Assembly: GCA_046725275.1 (NCBI GenBank)
Contig: JBKOYE010000096.1
Coordinates: 1 to 53,843, forward strand
Length of the DNA: 53,843 nt
Direction of reading: 5' to 3'
DNA from: Verrucomicrobiota bacterium
GTDB taxonomy: Bacteria; Verrucomicrobiota; Verrucomicrobiia; Chthoniobacterales; UBA10450
The notes beneath the pieces are model-generated. The model ran no database searches. It was not told where the DNA came from and saw nothing but the letters and a program-made list of their open reading frames with translations. The translations under genes were made by a program, and so were the position numbers. Positions 43,919 to 53,765 of the stretch are shown here, in pieces. The stretch's first letter is position 1. Every line of letters begins with the position of its first letter.

Positions 43919-45424
43919 TCACGCGGGAATTGCAGAGCGCGGGCGTGAATTGCCGACATTGAATTTTGACCAGCGACTCACGAACGAACTGAGACAGACG
44001 TAGAGGAATCCACCCTGAAACATCAGCAGAAACGGGACCGAGAAAAACTGCCGGTGCATGATAGCATGCACCACGAAATAGCTGAAATAGATGGCAAACG
44101 CCAGCTCCGCGAGCGGCAGCGCTGACTTGAGCGGCCGGTACTTGCAGCTCCGCCATGCCTGCGATTTGCGTTCAATTCCGTACTTCGGCGTCCTCGTGAA
44201 ATCCGATTTGTGGTTGATCATCGCTTCGAGTACTGCTCGCGCGTTGTTGGGCGAGAGACCGATTCCTAGTGCAAGCAAACATGGCAGAAAAAGAATCTCT
44301 TTAATCCATGTCCCGGGATGCAGCTCGCGTTGGGCACAAATGTAAAAAAGCCCGACGGACGCCGATGCTGCCAGAAAAATCGGAATATCGACCAAAACCG
44401 TGCGAACCCAGCCGACCGGAGGTCCACCAGTCGAGGGATACAAAAGAACACAAAGAATCGCCAGCAGCAGGTAAGCGAAATTCGACATTAAATGCCCTGT
44501 GGCCTCGAGCTTGATCGGAAACGGCAGTTGGCTGCGCCAGATGCTCGGCAACAGCTTCTTGCATGTCTGGACGGAACCCTTGGTCCAACGATGCTGCTGA
44601 GACTTGAAGCCATTCATGTCCACCGGCAGCTCCGCCGGAGTGACCACGTCGGAAAGATAAATGAACTTCCAGCCCGCAAGTTGCGCGCGATAGCTCAGAT
44701 CGAGGTCCTCGCACAACGTGTCATGTTGCCAACCTCCGCTCCGCTCGATGCAGGAACGGCGCCATAGCCCAGCCGTCCCGTTAAAATTGAAAAACCGGCC
44801 GCTCCGGCTGCGCGCGATCTGCTCAAGCAAAAGATGTCCATCCAGGAAGATCGCCTGCATGCGTGTGAGCAATGAATACCCCCGGTTCAAATGGCCCCAC
44901 CGCGTTTGAATCATTCCGACCTTCGGATCGGTAAAGAAATGGACGGTGCTTTTGAGCAGGTCCTTTTGCGGAACAAAATCGGCGTCGAGGATGCAAAGAA
45001 ATTCGCCTTCCGCAGCAGCGAGTCCCACCGCCAGCGCGCCAGCCTTAAACCCGGTGCGATCAGTCCGGTGGATGCGCTGTATGTTAAAACCGCGCTGACG
45101 CAGTTCCTCCGCGCACGCGGCCGTGATCTCGCGGGTTTCGTCCGTCGAATCGTCCAGGACCTGGATTTCCAAAAGCTCCTGGGGATAATCGAGTTCGCTC
45201 ACGGAACGGAGCAACCGCTCCGCCACGTATACTTCGTTGAAAATCGGCAACTGCACCGTCACTTTCGGCAGTTTTTCGAAGTAGCGCGCCGGCACCGGCG
45301 GCCGCTTCCGGTTTTTCAGGTACAGATAGATGATGAAATAGCGATGAATCCCATAAGCAGAAAGCCCGATGAGCACGCTCAGGTAGCAAACCGACCAGAT
45401 GATATGTCCGATGCTTTCTTGCAT
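43919..45424 (-). CDS. Processive family-2 glycosyltransferase (cellulose-synthase / CslA-like)
   Basis: N-terminal TM helix, then VQLPIFNE, VLDDSTD, ILDADF, TRWGHLN, EDLDLSYRAQL, QQHRWTKG (Q-x-x-R-W) and C-terminal TM helices. Confidence 0.8.
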   Translation of the reverse strand: MQESIGHIIWSVCYLSVLIGLSAYGIHRYFIIYLYLKNRKRPPVPARYFEKLPKVTVQLPIFNEVYVAERLLRSVSELDYPQELLEIQVLDDSTDETREITAACAEELRQRGFNIQRIHRTDRTGFKAGALAVGLAAAEGEFLCILDADFVPQKDLLKSTVHFFTDPKVGMIQTRWGHLNRGYSLLTRMQAIFLDGHLLLEQIARSRSGRFFNFNGTAGLWRRSCIERSGGWQHDTLCEDLDLSYRAQLAGWKFIYLSDVVTPAELPVDMNGFKSQQHRWTKGSVQTCKKLLPSIWRSQLPFPIKLEATGHLMSNFAYLLLAILCVLLYPSTGGPPVGWVRTVLVDIPIFLAASASVGLFYICAQRELHPGTWIKEILFLPCLLALGIGLSPNNARAVLEAMINHKSDFTRTPKYGIERKSQAWRSCKYRPLKSALPLAELAFAIYFSYFVVHAIMHRQFFSVPFLLMFQGGFLYVCLSSFVSRWSKFNVGNSRPRSAIPA

Positions 45425-45734
45425 GGAGAGTTGCTATGGCTGCAAATGGATGATGCAGTCAGGGCGACATGATGCTATTTCCAGCAGTTGCGTCAATCCA
45501 AAAATCATACGTTTGCCTTTGAAAACCGCCGTCACATCGTGTTGATACACAGCAGTCTCTTATCGGTTCGCAATTGCGACGCCGCCCGGTTTGGCGATCC
45601 CTTTCCTCGCCGGCCACTGTGTTTCTAAAAATCCGGCTGAATCTCTACGGAATTCCTCCTTGCCTGAGGCGTTCAGCAGGTTAACGGTGACGGATCCAAT
45701 TCTCGCCAAACACGGCATGTAGTTGGGAGGTTTC

Positions 45735-48194
45735 ATGACGAAACGAAGGCGCGACCGTTTCGAGCGTTCAAAGATTATTATACCAATCCTTCTGGCAGGA
45801 TGGATTCCGTCAGTTCTGACGCTCATTGTTTCGTACACGATCCTGCGTGACACCTTGGAATCACGCATTTTGCGGGACCGACAAACGCTGGTGCAGTTGC
45901 TTGGCCACGTGGTCGGAACCGATCTCAGCCGTAGCAGCGCCCTCATCAACTACTACGAGACCCTTCCCGAGGTCGCCCGAATTCTCAGTGCTCCGACTCC
46001 TGCGCCCGCAGCCCAACAGTGGCTTAACTCCGCATTCTATTCGCATCCAAATATTGATGGGATGTTCCTGGCTGCACCGGATGGCGCATTGCTCGCGTCA
46101 ATACCGACCGCGCCAGAATGGGTCGGCAAAGACTTTGGGGCGAGTCATTGGCGTGAAGAAGCGGCTGGGTCCAAGCAACCGGTCGTGTCCCCGGTTCATC
46201 CGAGGTTCTCCGATAACCGACTGGTGACTGATATTGTCGCCGCCGTTCGGGCGCCTGACACGACGGTTCTTGGATTCGTTGGCGACTCGGTCCTGGTGGA
46301 ACGAATTGGCAGGCGATTGTCCACGATCGAGTTTTCCGATCGCTTCCTTTTCGAGGTCCTTGACCAGAAGGGTGCAGCGCTTTTTGCCAGTGATTTGAAG
46401 CCAAACCCGCGTGCGACTTCACCTGAGAGCGGCGAGCTACTGAACAAGATCCGCCAGAGCAGGACTGGGCACTTCGAATATCAAGATAACCTTTATTCCT
46501 TCAGTCGTATCGAATCGACTGGTTGGGTGGCATTAGTGCAGCAGCCGGTGGCGGCGGCTTACAAACCGGTTCACGATCTTCTGGGCCGAATGACAGTGCT
46601 CGCGGCCTGGCTGGTGGCGTTGACAGCGGTCTTCGCGTGGCTGGGCAGCCGGTTTTATCAACGGCAACTGGAATCGAAGCAGCGACTGGAACGTGAGGTG
46701 ATCTTCAACGAGAAAATGCTGGCGAACATGCCCGGAGGGATCGCTTTAGTCGATCCAGTATCGCGCAAATTTCTTCATGCAAATGATGCGTTCGCCCGGA
46801 TGGCAGAACGCTTTGGAGAGGTGCCGGCGAGCCGCGACATTACCGAAGTTGTTTGCGATGATGTAAAGATTGCGCCGCAGGGAGCAGTTGAGCGCGTGCT
46901 TAACTTTGGAACGCCATTTCAGCTTATTGAGCACCCGTTGAAGGATAAGTCAGGCGTAACGCATTTTTTGGACATCAATCTGCTGCGGTTACAGGGCTCG
47001 CGTGAAACCGTCCAAGGGGTGCTTTACCTTGTGGAAGACAAGACGCGCGACGTGACTCTGCGCCAGGAATTGATTGCGGCAAATGCTGCGAAGGACCAGT
47101 TCCTGGCACAACTATCTCACGAGCTTCGCAGCCCCCTTACGCCGGTGATTGCGATGGTGGGAGAACTCGAAGCCGAGTTGCCGGATTCCAAGCCCGTCAC
47201 AGAAGCCCTCGAGGTCGTCCGGCGAAACGTCGAACTGGAAGCACGTCTGATCGATGACCTGCTCGACGTCACTCGGATTTCGAAAGGCAAACTTCAGCTA
47301 AGCTTCGAACCAATTTCCATCCACCAAATCCTTCAGCGCGCTTACGAGATATGCCGAAATGAAATTGAAGCTAAGAACCTGGAAGTGATTTTTCGGCTTT
47401 GCGCCGCTCACACGTACGTGGAAGGCGACCCGGCGCGCTTGCAGCAGGTTTTTTGGAATCTGATCAAAAACAGCGTGAAATTTGCGCCCGAAAAAGGTCA
47501 GATCACCATCGAAACTGCGAATCCAACGCCCGACAAGATCGAGGTGTGCGTTATCGACACCGGCATCGGCATCGAACCTGAAGCGATCGATAAGATCTTT
47601 AACGCATTCGAACAGGGACAGAGCGATATCACTCGCCGGTTTGGAGGACTCGGCCTCGGTTTAACTATTTCAAAGACGTTAATCGACGCGCACGGCGGAC
47701 AAATCCGTGTCCAAAGTCCCGGAAAAAACCGGGGTGCCACGTTCACGGTGGAGCTAAACACGGTGGAAATTCCCATGGAGCGGGATGGGCACAGGGAGGA
47801 TCGGCCAGTGGATCGGAAACCGGAACCGCCGGTTTCACCCCACCGGCGCGTCCTGCTGGTGGACGATCATTACGATACCTGTCTCGGCATGAAGAGAATG
47901 CTGGAACGTCGCGGTTACCAGATAACCGTCGCCCATTCCGCAGAGCAGGCTGTGGAGAAAGTTCGCACACAGGAATTCGACCTGCTCATCAGCGACATCG
48001 GATTGCCGGATCGCAGCGGCTACGAATTAATGCGCGAACTGCGTCTCAACAAACCTTTGCCCGGGATCGCTTTGAGCGGTTTCGGCAGTGAAGAGGATGT
48101 GAACCAAGCTAGAGAAGCAGGTTTTGCTGAACATTTAACGAAGCCAGTCAATTTCGAGCGTCTGGAGAAAACAATCCAGAGCTTGCTCTCCTGA
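45735..48194 (+). CDS. Hybrid sensor histidine kinase / response regulator
   Basis: ATG 45735 is preceded by GGGAGG (45725..45730); the ORF track starts at TTG 45723. Two TM helices flank a periplasmic (Cache-like) region. Then a PAS-like segment, the H-box LSHELRSPLTPV, G-boxes IDTGIGI and GGLGLGLTISK, and a C-terminal receiver (VLLVDDH...LLISDIGLPDRSG...KP). Confidence 0.88.
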   Translation: MTKRRRDRFERSKIIIPILLAGWIPSVLTLIVSYTILRDTLESRILRDRQTLVQLLGHVVGTDLSRSSALINYYETLPEVARILSAPTPAPAAQQWLNSAFYSHPNIDGMFLAAPDGALLASIPTAPEWVGKDFGASHWREEAAGSKQPVVSPVHPRFSDNRLVTDIVAAVRAPDTTVLGFVGDSVLVERIGRRLSTIEFSDRFLFEVLDQKGAALFASDLKPNPRATSPESGELLNKIRQSRTGHFEYQDNLYSFSRIESTGWVALVQQPVAAAYKPVHDLLGRMTVLAAWLVALTAVFAWLGSRFYQRQLESKQRLEREVIFNEKMLANMPGGIALVDPVSRKFLHANDAFARMAERFGEVPASRDITEVVCDDVKIAPQGAVERVLNFGTPFQLIEHPLKDKSGVTHFLDINLLRLQGSRETVQGVLYLVEDKTRDVTLRQELIAANAAKDQFLAQLSHELRSPLTPVIAMVGELEAELPDSKPVTEALEVVRRNVELEARLIDDLLDVTRISKGKLQLSFEPISIHQILQRAYEICRNEIEAKNLEVIFRLCAAHTYVEGDPARLQQVFWNLIKNSVKFAPEKGQITIETANPTPDKIEVCVIDTGIGIEPEAIDKIFNAFEQGQSDITRRFGGLGLGLTISKTLIDAHGGQIRVQSPGKNRGATFTVELNTVEIPMERDGHREDRPVDRKPEPPVSPHRRVLLVDDHYDTCLGMKRMLERRGYQITVAHSAEQAVEKVRTQEFDLLISDIGLPDRSGYELMRELRLNKPLPGIALSGFGSEEDVNQAREAGFAEHLTKPVNFERLEKTIQSLLS

Positions 48195-48270
48195 CTCGTG
48201 AGGCAGATAATCCTCTGCCAATCTGGGGCCGCAGACACAATCGTCCGATCAGATCCAGCTATTCGCCAGC

Positions 48271-48615
48271 CTACGCGCCGACTTCGGTCTTAACCTTTCG
48301 CTCTTCCGCTTCTTTTAATTGGCGAGAGAGCTTCTCCACGCGCTGCCGCATAATTTTCCCCGCCTTGAACTTCACCGTCGCCCGCGGCGGAATGACGAAA
48401 CTGCTACCCGGCTGATTAGGGTTTCGTCCAATGCGCGGCCTGGTAAGGCGCGGTAGAAATACGCCGAAGTTTCTCAACTCAACCGGAATATTGTTGGCCA
48501 GACTGTCAGTGATTTTATCAAGAGTCTTTTGCACCACATCGAAGACCTGATGCTGAACCATCCCGGTCTGATTGCTGATCGACACAACGATGTCGCGTTT
48601 GGTTAATTTCGCCAT
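48271..48615 (-). CDS. HU/IHF-family DNA-binding protein with a charged C-terminal extension
   Basis: The ORF is open to 48669. ATG 48615 gives MAKLTKRDIVVSISNQTGMVQHQVFDVVQKTLDKI...LRNFGVF...GRNPNQPGSSFVIPPRATVKFKAGK. Confidence 0.8.
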   Translation of the reverse strand: MAKLTKRDIVVSISNQTGMVQHQVFDVVQKTLDKITDSLANNIPVELRNFGVFLPRLTRPRIGRNPNQPGSSFVIPPRATVKFKAGKIMRQRVEKLSRQLKEAEERKVKTEVGA

Positions 48616-48738
48616 ATCTATTTTAGTAATCGTTCCTTGTGACTCTGTCGGTGGCCAAATGAAGCACAAAAAAGCGATTTTTTGAACTCCTATTGTTAAG
48701 GGCTTCCTTGGCCGCCGGGGCGGCGGACCGGCAAGTGC

Positions 48739-49704
48739 TCAACCATTAACGTCTGGCGCCTGCCGTCGCCAATCTTCACGAGGCGGCGCCGCGTAGTGCT
48801 CGGGCGCAATCTCGTGTGCGGTGCGGAAATGCGCTTTCGCGACGTCACGCAGGGCCTCTGGCCCAGCCAATTCCACCAGTTTTTTGGCGGTCTCTTTTAC
48901 GGCCGGTGATACGCCGCGTTCCAATCGGAGACCGAGTTCTTTCCCTTTGCGCTGCAGCCAGTTGATGAACGCCTCGCGCGCGAGGATCGATGCCGCTGCC
49001 ACTGCAATGTCCGACTCCGCCCGCGGCCGTTGTTCGATGACAATGTTGCGCCCGTGCCGTAGCAATGACTCCTTGATTACTCGCGCGTCTGCGAACTGGT
49101 CCGATAACGATCGCGGGCAGTCCGGCTTTCGCGTCAGCAAATTTTCGATCACCCGCGCGTGTCCCCAGCCGAGCAGCCGGTTGAGATTTCCAAATTTCTC
49201 GTACAGCTGGTTGTACTTGGCCGGGCCGATCAGGACCGTTTCGACCAACTCCTGCGAACTTTTCCGAATCGCGTCGGCCAAGGCGCGAATCCGCGCGTCG
49301 GAGCTGATCCGCTTGCTGTCCACTACGCCAGCGTCGATAAGTTTGCGCGCGATCCCGCGATCGACGTAAACCCCCGATATCACCAGCGGCCCGAAGAAAT
49401 CGCCTTTCCCGCTCTCGTCCACGCCCAGATGCGGCTCGAACATTTCCGGTGAATGCACTTCTTCATAACCCAGCTTCGCTTCGCCGAGAATCTTCGGCTC
49501 GAGTTCGAACTGGACGAATTCCTCCGCACCCCGGCCTTGCACTAAAGCCTTTGGACCCTTTTGATAAACCGCCACGCTCAGCTTGTTCTTCTGAGCAAAA
49601 AAGATCGTCCACTCCTTTGCCGAGAATTCGAATCCCAGCTCGTCGAGCAAAGCGCGAAGCTTCCGCACTTGCTCGTGCGTAAGCGCATGCGTGTATGAAT
49701 TCAT
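48739..49704 (-). CDS. rnhC: Ribonuclease HIII
   Basis: N-terminal 85-aa or so TBP-like domain (FFAQKNKLSVAVYQKGPKALVQG). RNase HII-fold core with GVDESGKGDFFGPLV. Confidence 0.8.
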   Translation of the reverse strand: MNSYTHALTHEQVRKLRALLDELGFEFSAKEWTIFFAQKNKLSVAVYQKGPKALVQGRGAEEFVQFELEPKILGEAKLGYEEVHSPEMFEPHLGVDESGKGDFFGPLVISGVYVDRGIARKLIDAGVVDSKRISSDARIRALADAIRKSSQELVETVLIGPAKYNQLYEKFGNLNRLLGWGHARVIENLLTRKPDCPRSLSDQFADARVIKESLLRHGRNIVIEQRPRAESDIAVAAASILAREAFINWLQRKGKELGLRLERGVSPAVKETAKKLVELAGPEALRDVAKAHFRTAHEIAPEHYAAPPREDWRRQAPDVNG

Positions 49705-49793
49705 TGGAGGCCACAGGTTAACACAGATGAAACACAGATAAGAACAAGTTCGGCAATCCAGCTCGCAAAATCCGTGTTAATCTGTGCGCATTT

Positions 49794-50795
49794 GTGGCCT
49801 TTCCGATCGCCAAATTCCAGCGCGCACTGACGAATTGGTATCGCCGCAATCGCCGCGATCTCCCCTGGCGCCGGACGTGCGACCCCTACGCCGTCCTCGT
49901 TTCAGAGTTCATGCTCCAGCAAACCCAAGTCGCCACCGTGATCCCGTACTATCACGAATGGCTTCGCCGCTTTCCCGATTTCGCCACACTGGCTCGCGCT
50001 TCCGAAAACGACGTGCTCCACGCGTGGCAAGGCCTCGGCTATTATGCTCGCGCGCGGAATCTTCACGCCACGGCGAGGACAATTGTGGATCGACACGGCG
50101 GAACCTTCCCGTACGCAATCGAGGAAATGCAGAAGCTTCGAGGCATCGGGAAGTACACCGCGCAGGCAGTCGCCAGCTTCGCGTTTAATCAACCTGTCCC
50201 GATCGTCGAGGCGAACACCGCTCGCGTTTTGACGCGGGTTTTCAATTTTCGCAAATCCATCGATTCCGGTGCGGGTCGGAATACCCTCTGGCGAAATGCC
50301 GCGAGTCTTCTTCCAAAATCCGAAGCAGCGATTTTCAACTCGGCACTCCTCGATATTGGCGCGCTAATTTGCGTACCGCAAAAGCCAACGTGTCAACTTT
50401 GCCCGGTTAAAGCATTTTGCCGCGCAAAAAATCCAGCTGCACTCCCGGTCAGAAAATCGAGACCGCAGACGAAGGAACTCACCGAAACGCACGCGCTGAT
50501 TGTTAGACGCGGGCGAGTTCTGCTCGAACAATCAAGCCATCGCTGGCACGGTATGTGGATCTTGCCAACACTCGAAGTTGACTGCGTAAAACGGCCAAGT
50601 TTCCAAGCGCGCCCGATCTACGAGTCCGTGTTTCCGTTTACGCATCACCGAGTAACGCTTGCCGTATATCGTCGCGCTGCGCCGAAAAGAATCGCTCCCG
50701 AACAGCACTGGTTTGAATCGATCGAGGATATCGCCATGCCTGCACCGCATCGCCGCGCAGCGCAGAGGTTGATCCAAACGCTCGTTGAACGTTGA
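49794..50795 (+). CDS. mutY: A/G-specific adenine DNA glycosylase
   Basis: GTG start. Motifs: LTNWYRRNRRDLPWRRTCDPYAVLVSEFMLQQTQV, GLGYYARARNL, GIGKYTA, the Fe-S cluster loop CVPQKPTCQLCPVKAFC, and a C-terminal NUDIX-like domain. Confidence 0.88.
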   Translation: MAFPIAKFQRALTNWYRRNRRDLPWRRTCDPYAVLVSEFMLQQTQVATVIPYYHEWLRRFPDFATLARASENDVLHAWQGLGYYARARNLHATARTIVDRHGGTFPYAIEEMQKLRGIGKYTAQAVASFAFNQPVPIVEANTARVLTRVFNFRKSIDSGAGRNTLWRNAASLLPKSEAAIFNSALLDIGALICVPQKPTCQLCPVKAFCRAKNPAALPVRKSRPQTKELTETHALIVRRGRVLLEQSSHRWHGMWILPTLEVDCVKRPSFQARPIYESVFPFTHHRVTLAVYRRAAPKRIAPEQHWFESIEDIAMPAPHRRAAQRLIQTLVER

Positions 50796-50827
50796 ACAGT
50801 TCTCTGCGATAAGCTTTGCTCCGATAT

Positions 50828-51703
50828 ATGCGAAGCATGACTGGATACGGTCGTGGCGAGACCGATCACGCGGGGACAAAATTCAGCGTCGAGCTGAATT
50901 CAGTGAACCGAAAACAAAGCGACGTAGTCATCAATTTGCCGCGCGATCTGGTCGAGCTCGAGCCGCGCATTCGCCAAACGATCAACGAAAATATTTCGCG
51001 CGGTCGCACCAACGCCGCCATCAGCCTTCACACCGGCGCTAACGGCGCGCGCAACCTGGCGCTCAATACCGAGCTCGCCCGCTCGTATCACGAAGCGATG
51101 CGCGCGTTACAAAAGGAATTGAACGCGCCGGGTGAAATCACGATCACCACAATCTTGCAAGCGCCAGGGGTGATGCGGTTTCCGGAAGAAGCTCTAAATT
51201 CCGAAGATGCATGGCCCGCCGTTGAACGCGCTCTGCGCGCGGCGCTCGCGGATCTGATCAAAATGCGCGAACGCGAGGGCAAACATTTGGCCAAGGATTT
51301 GATTCATCGTCTCAAAGCCATTCGGAAAAAGCTCAAAGAAGTCCGCGCACTGCATCCGGACGTGGTAAAACGATATCGTGCCGCGCTGCTCGAACGTATT
51401 CAAAAAGCCGGGCTGCCGGTCGCTGCGGAGGACGAACGCGTGTTGAAGGAAATTACTTTCTTTGCCGATCGTGCTGATGTCTCGGAGGAATTGACGCGAC
51501 TCGAAAGCCACCTCGCTCAATTTGCGCATCATTTACGCAGCAAGGAACCAGTCGGACGCACACTGGAATTCATCACGCAGGAGATTTTTCGCGAACTCAA
51601 CACACTCGGAGCGAAAGCGAATGACGCTGCCATTTCACAACGCGTCATCGCGTGCAAAGCCGAACTCGAAAAAATCCGGGAGCAGGTTCAGAACCTTGAG
51701 TAA
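50828..51703 (+). CDS. yicC: YicC-family stress-induced protein (endoribonuclease YicC-like)
   Basis: ATG 50828 gives MRSMTGYGRGE...FSVELNSVNRK. C-terminal DVSEELTRLESH...GRTLEFITQEIFRELNTLGAK. Confidence 0.85.
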   Translation: MRSMTGYGRGETDHAGTKFSVELNSVNRKQSDVVINLPRDLVELEPRIRQTINENISRGRTNAAISLHTGANGARNLALNTELARSYHEAMRALQKELNAPGEITITTILQAPGVMRFPEEALNSEDAWPAVERALRAALADLIKMREREGKHLAKDLIHRLKAIRKKLKEVRALHPDVVKRYRAALLERIQKAGLPVAAEDERVLKEITFFADRADVSEELTRLESHLAQFAHHLRSKEPVGRTLEFITQEIFRELNTLGAKANDAAISQRVIACKAELEKIREQVQNLE

Positions 51704-51778
51704 GCAATCCTTTGGTCCAAATGGACCCGGATCGCGCCGCACAACCGATCGCGATCTGTTGAAGCGAGCGTTCTCTTT

Positions 51779-51871
51779 GTCATGTTGAGCGAAGCGAAAC
51801 ATCTCTGACTATTGGCTTGGTGAGCGGGAAGAGAGAAGTAGTCTGAGATTCTTCGCTTCGCTCAGAATGAC
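51779..51871. repeat. Palindromic REP/MITE-like element (31-nt imperfect inverted arms, 31-nt loop)
   Basis: The left arm is GTCATGTTGAGCGAAGCGAAACATCTCTGAC (51779..51809). The right arm is GTCTGAGATTCTTCGCTTCGCTCAGAATGAC (51841..51871). By hand count, 26 of 31 positions are complementary, including a perfect 13-mer TGAGCGAAGCGAA / TTCGCTTCGCTCA. Confidence 0.8.
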
Positions 51872-51877
51872 AAACTA

Positions 51878-52483
51878 ATGGAATTCACGCGCCACGGCAT
51901 TCTCTTCCTAATCTCAGCTCCATCAGGTGCAGGAAAAACCACCCTCGTGGAAGCGCTGCGGAAAAATCGCGATCTGTTTTATTCCGTGTCCTGCACCACG
52001 CGAGCACCGCGTGACGGTGAAATTAATGGCGAACATTACCAGTTTCTTTCGGCAGCAGATTTTCACGCGCGAATCGAAGCCGGCGATTTTCTGGAGCACG
52101 CGCAGGTGCACGGAGATCGTTACGGCACGCTGCGCGAACCAGTGCTGACGAATTTGAAGCAAGGCCGCGACGTCCTGATCGACATCGACACGCAAGGGGC
52201 CGCCACCATCCGCAATTATGACGACCTGATCATCCGGCAGGCTTTGGCGGACATCTTCATCATGCCGCCTGATCTTGAAGAGTTGCGCCGGCGCTTGGAA
52301 AAACGCGGGACGGAAAGCGTGCAGCAGATTGAATCGCGTCTAGCCACTGCCAGGCGAGAAATGGAATTATGGCGAGATTACCGCTACACTGTCGTCAGCG
52401 GTTCGATCGAAGAAGATCTGGGAAAAGTTCGCTACATTATGTCTGCTGAAACGTACTTGAGCCGGCGCCTGACGCCAAAATGA
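51878..52483 (+). CDS. gmk: Guanylate kinase
   Basis: P-loop ISAPSGAGKTTL, then SCTTRAPRDGEINGEHYQF. 201 aa. Confidence 0.9.
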   Translation: MEFTRHGILFLISAPSGAGKTTLVEALRKNRDLFYSVSCTTRAPRDGEINGEHYQFLSAADFHARIEAGDFLEHAQVHGDRYGTLREPVLTNLKQGRDVLIDIDTQGAATIRNYDDLIIRQALADIFIMPPDLEELRRRLEKRGTESVQQIESRLATARREMELWRDYRYTVVSGSIEEDLGKVRYIMSAETYLSRRLTPK

Positions 52484-53121
52484 TCGATATGGCTGCGATG
52501 GAAAAAATCTCCAGACGTAAGTTGGAGAAAGCGAGTTCGCGAAAGCTGCTACCCATTTCCGCGGCAAAGAAATCAGTGGTGCTCGGCGTCACTGGATCGA
52601 TCGCCGCCTACAAATCTGCCGAGCTGACGAGTCTCCTGGTCAAACAAGGCCACGAAGTTTTTGTGGCGATGACACACGACGCGACCGAATTCATTTCGCC
52701 GCTCACGTTGCAGACGCTTTCGAAAAATCCGGTGATAACGAGCTTCTTCGATGAAAAAGAAAGCTGGCGACCGGGCCACATCGAGCTTGCGGACCGCGCG
52801 CACCTGCTGCTGATCGCGCCCGCCACTGCGCACATCATCGCCGAGCTTGCGCACGGTCTGGCGGATCACCCGCTTGCAGCCATCGCTCTCGCCACACGCG
52901 CTCCGATCCTGATCGCGCCGGCGATGAACGGAAAAATGTGGGCGCATCCCGCGACGCAGGAGAATGTGGAAAAACTCAAAGCGCGCGGCGTCGAGTTCAT
53001 CGGACCGGAAGAAGGAATGCTGGCTTGCGGGTACGAAGGTCTCGGCCGCTTGTGGAAAGTGAACGAGATCGCGTTTCGCGCGGAATTTCTTCTTACTCGA
53101 CACGATAAATTGATCGCGTGA
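52480..53121 (+). CDS. coaC: Phosphopantothenoylcysteine decarboxylase (flavoprotein half of CoaBC)
   Basis: GVTGSIAAYKSAELTSLLVKQGHEVFVAMTHDATEFISPLTLQTLS...PATAHIIAELAHGLADHPL...APAMN. The start overlaps the gmk stop (ATGA). Confidence 0.85.
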   Translation: MIDMAAMEKISRRKLEKASSRKLLPISAAKKSVVLGVTGSIAAYKSAELTSLLVKQGHEVFVAMTHDATEFISPLTLQTLSKNPVITSFFDEKESWRPGHIELADRAHLLLIAPATAHIIAELAHGLADHPLAAIALATRAPILIAPAMNGKMWAHPATQENVEKLKARGVEFIGPEEGMLACGYEGLGRLWKVNEIAFRAEFLLTRHDKLIA

Positions 53122-53765
53122 GGTTTCTCATCACCGCAGGTCCGACGCGCGAACCTATCGATCCCGTGCGTTACATCTCGAATCGTTCCTCCGGGAAGAT
53201 GGGCTACGCCATCGCAGAAGCTGCGATCGACGCCGGACACGACGTGATTCTGATTTCCGGTCCGGTGAACCTCGAGCCGCCGCGCAACGCTCAATTCATT
53301 TCCGTCTCGACGAGTGATGAAATGTTTGACGCGGTCCATCGGCACTCGGACGACTCGGACGTTTGCGTTCTCTGCGCCGCAGTCGCGGATTACAAACCGG
53401 CCAAGGTGTCGCCGGCGAAAATCAAAAAGCGCGCCGGTCGAATGTCGCTCGAATTAGTTCCGACACGCGACATTCTCGATTCGTTAGGCCGCCATGACGA
53501 TCGGGAATTTCTTCTCGTTGGGTTCGCCGCGGAAACGAATCACCTTGAAGCAAACGCGGCGAAAAAACTGCGCGAAAAGAATTGCGATATCATCGTCGCG
53601 AACGATGGGCACGTCGCAATGGAGACCGACGAAAATGAGTTGCTGATTCTGTTTCGTGATGGCGAAACGAAGAAAATTGCGCGTGCACCAAAAAAATTAC
53701 TCGCGCGCGAGCTGGTGAAAATTTTTTCAAATTCGCAACAAAAAAGTTTGACAAAAAAGATGTGA
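53118..53765 (+). CDS. coaB: Phosphopantothenate-cysteine ligase (CoaB half of CoaBC)
   Basis: The GTG start overlaps the coaC stop (GTGA). Motifs: RFLITAGPTREPIDPVRYISNRSSGKMGYAIAEAA, AAVADYKP, GFAAET. Confidence 0.85.
   Translation: MRFLITAGPTREPIDPVRYISNRSSGKMGYAIAEAAIDAGHDVILISGPVNLEPPRNAQFISVSTSDEMFDAVHRHSDDSDVCVLCAAVADYKPAKVSPAKIKKRAGRMSLELVPTRDILDSLGRHDDREFLLVGFAAETNHLEANAAKKLREKNCDIIVANDGHVAMETDENELLILFRDGETKKIARAPKKLLARELVKIFSNSQQKSLTKKM

Noticed and set aside
48195-48270. The hairpin GGCAGA-TAATCC-TCTGCC after the histidine kinase gene as an intrinsic terminator.
   Set aside because: It has only a 6-bp stem and no following T-tract, so it is too weak to call.
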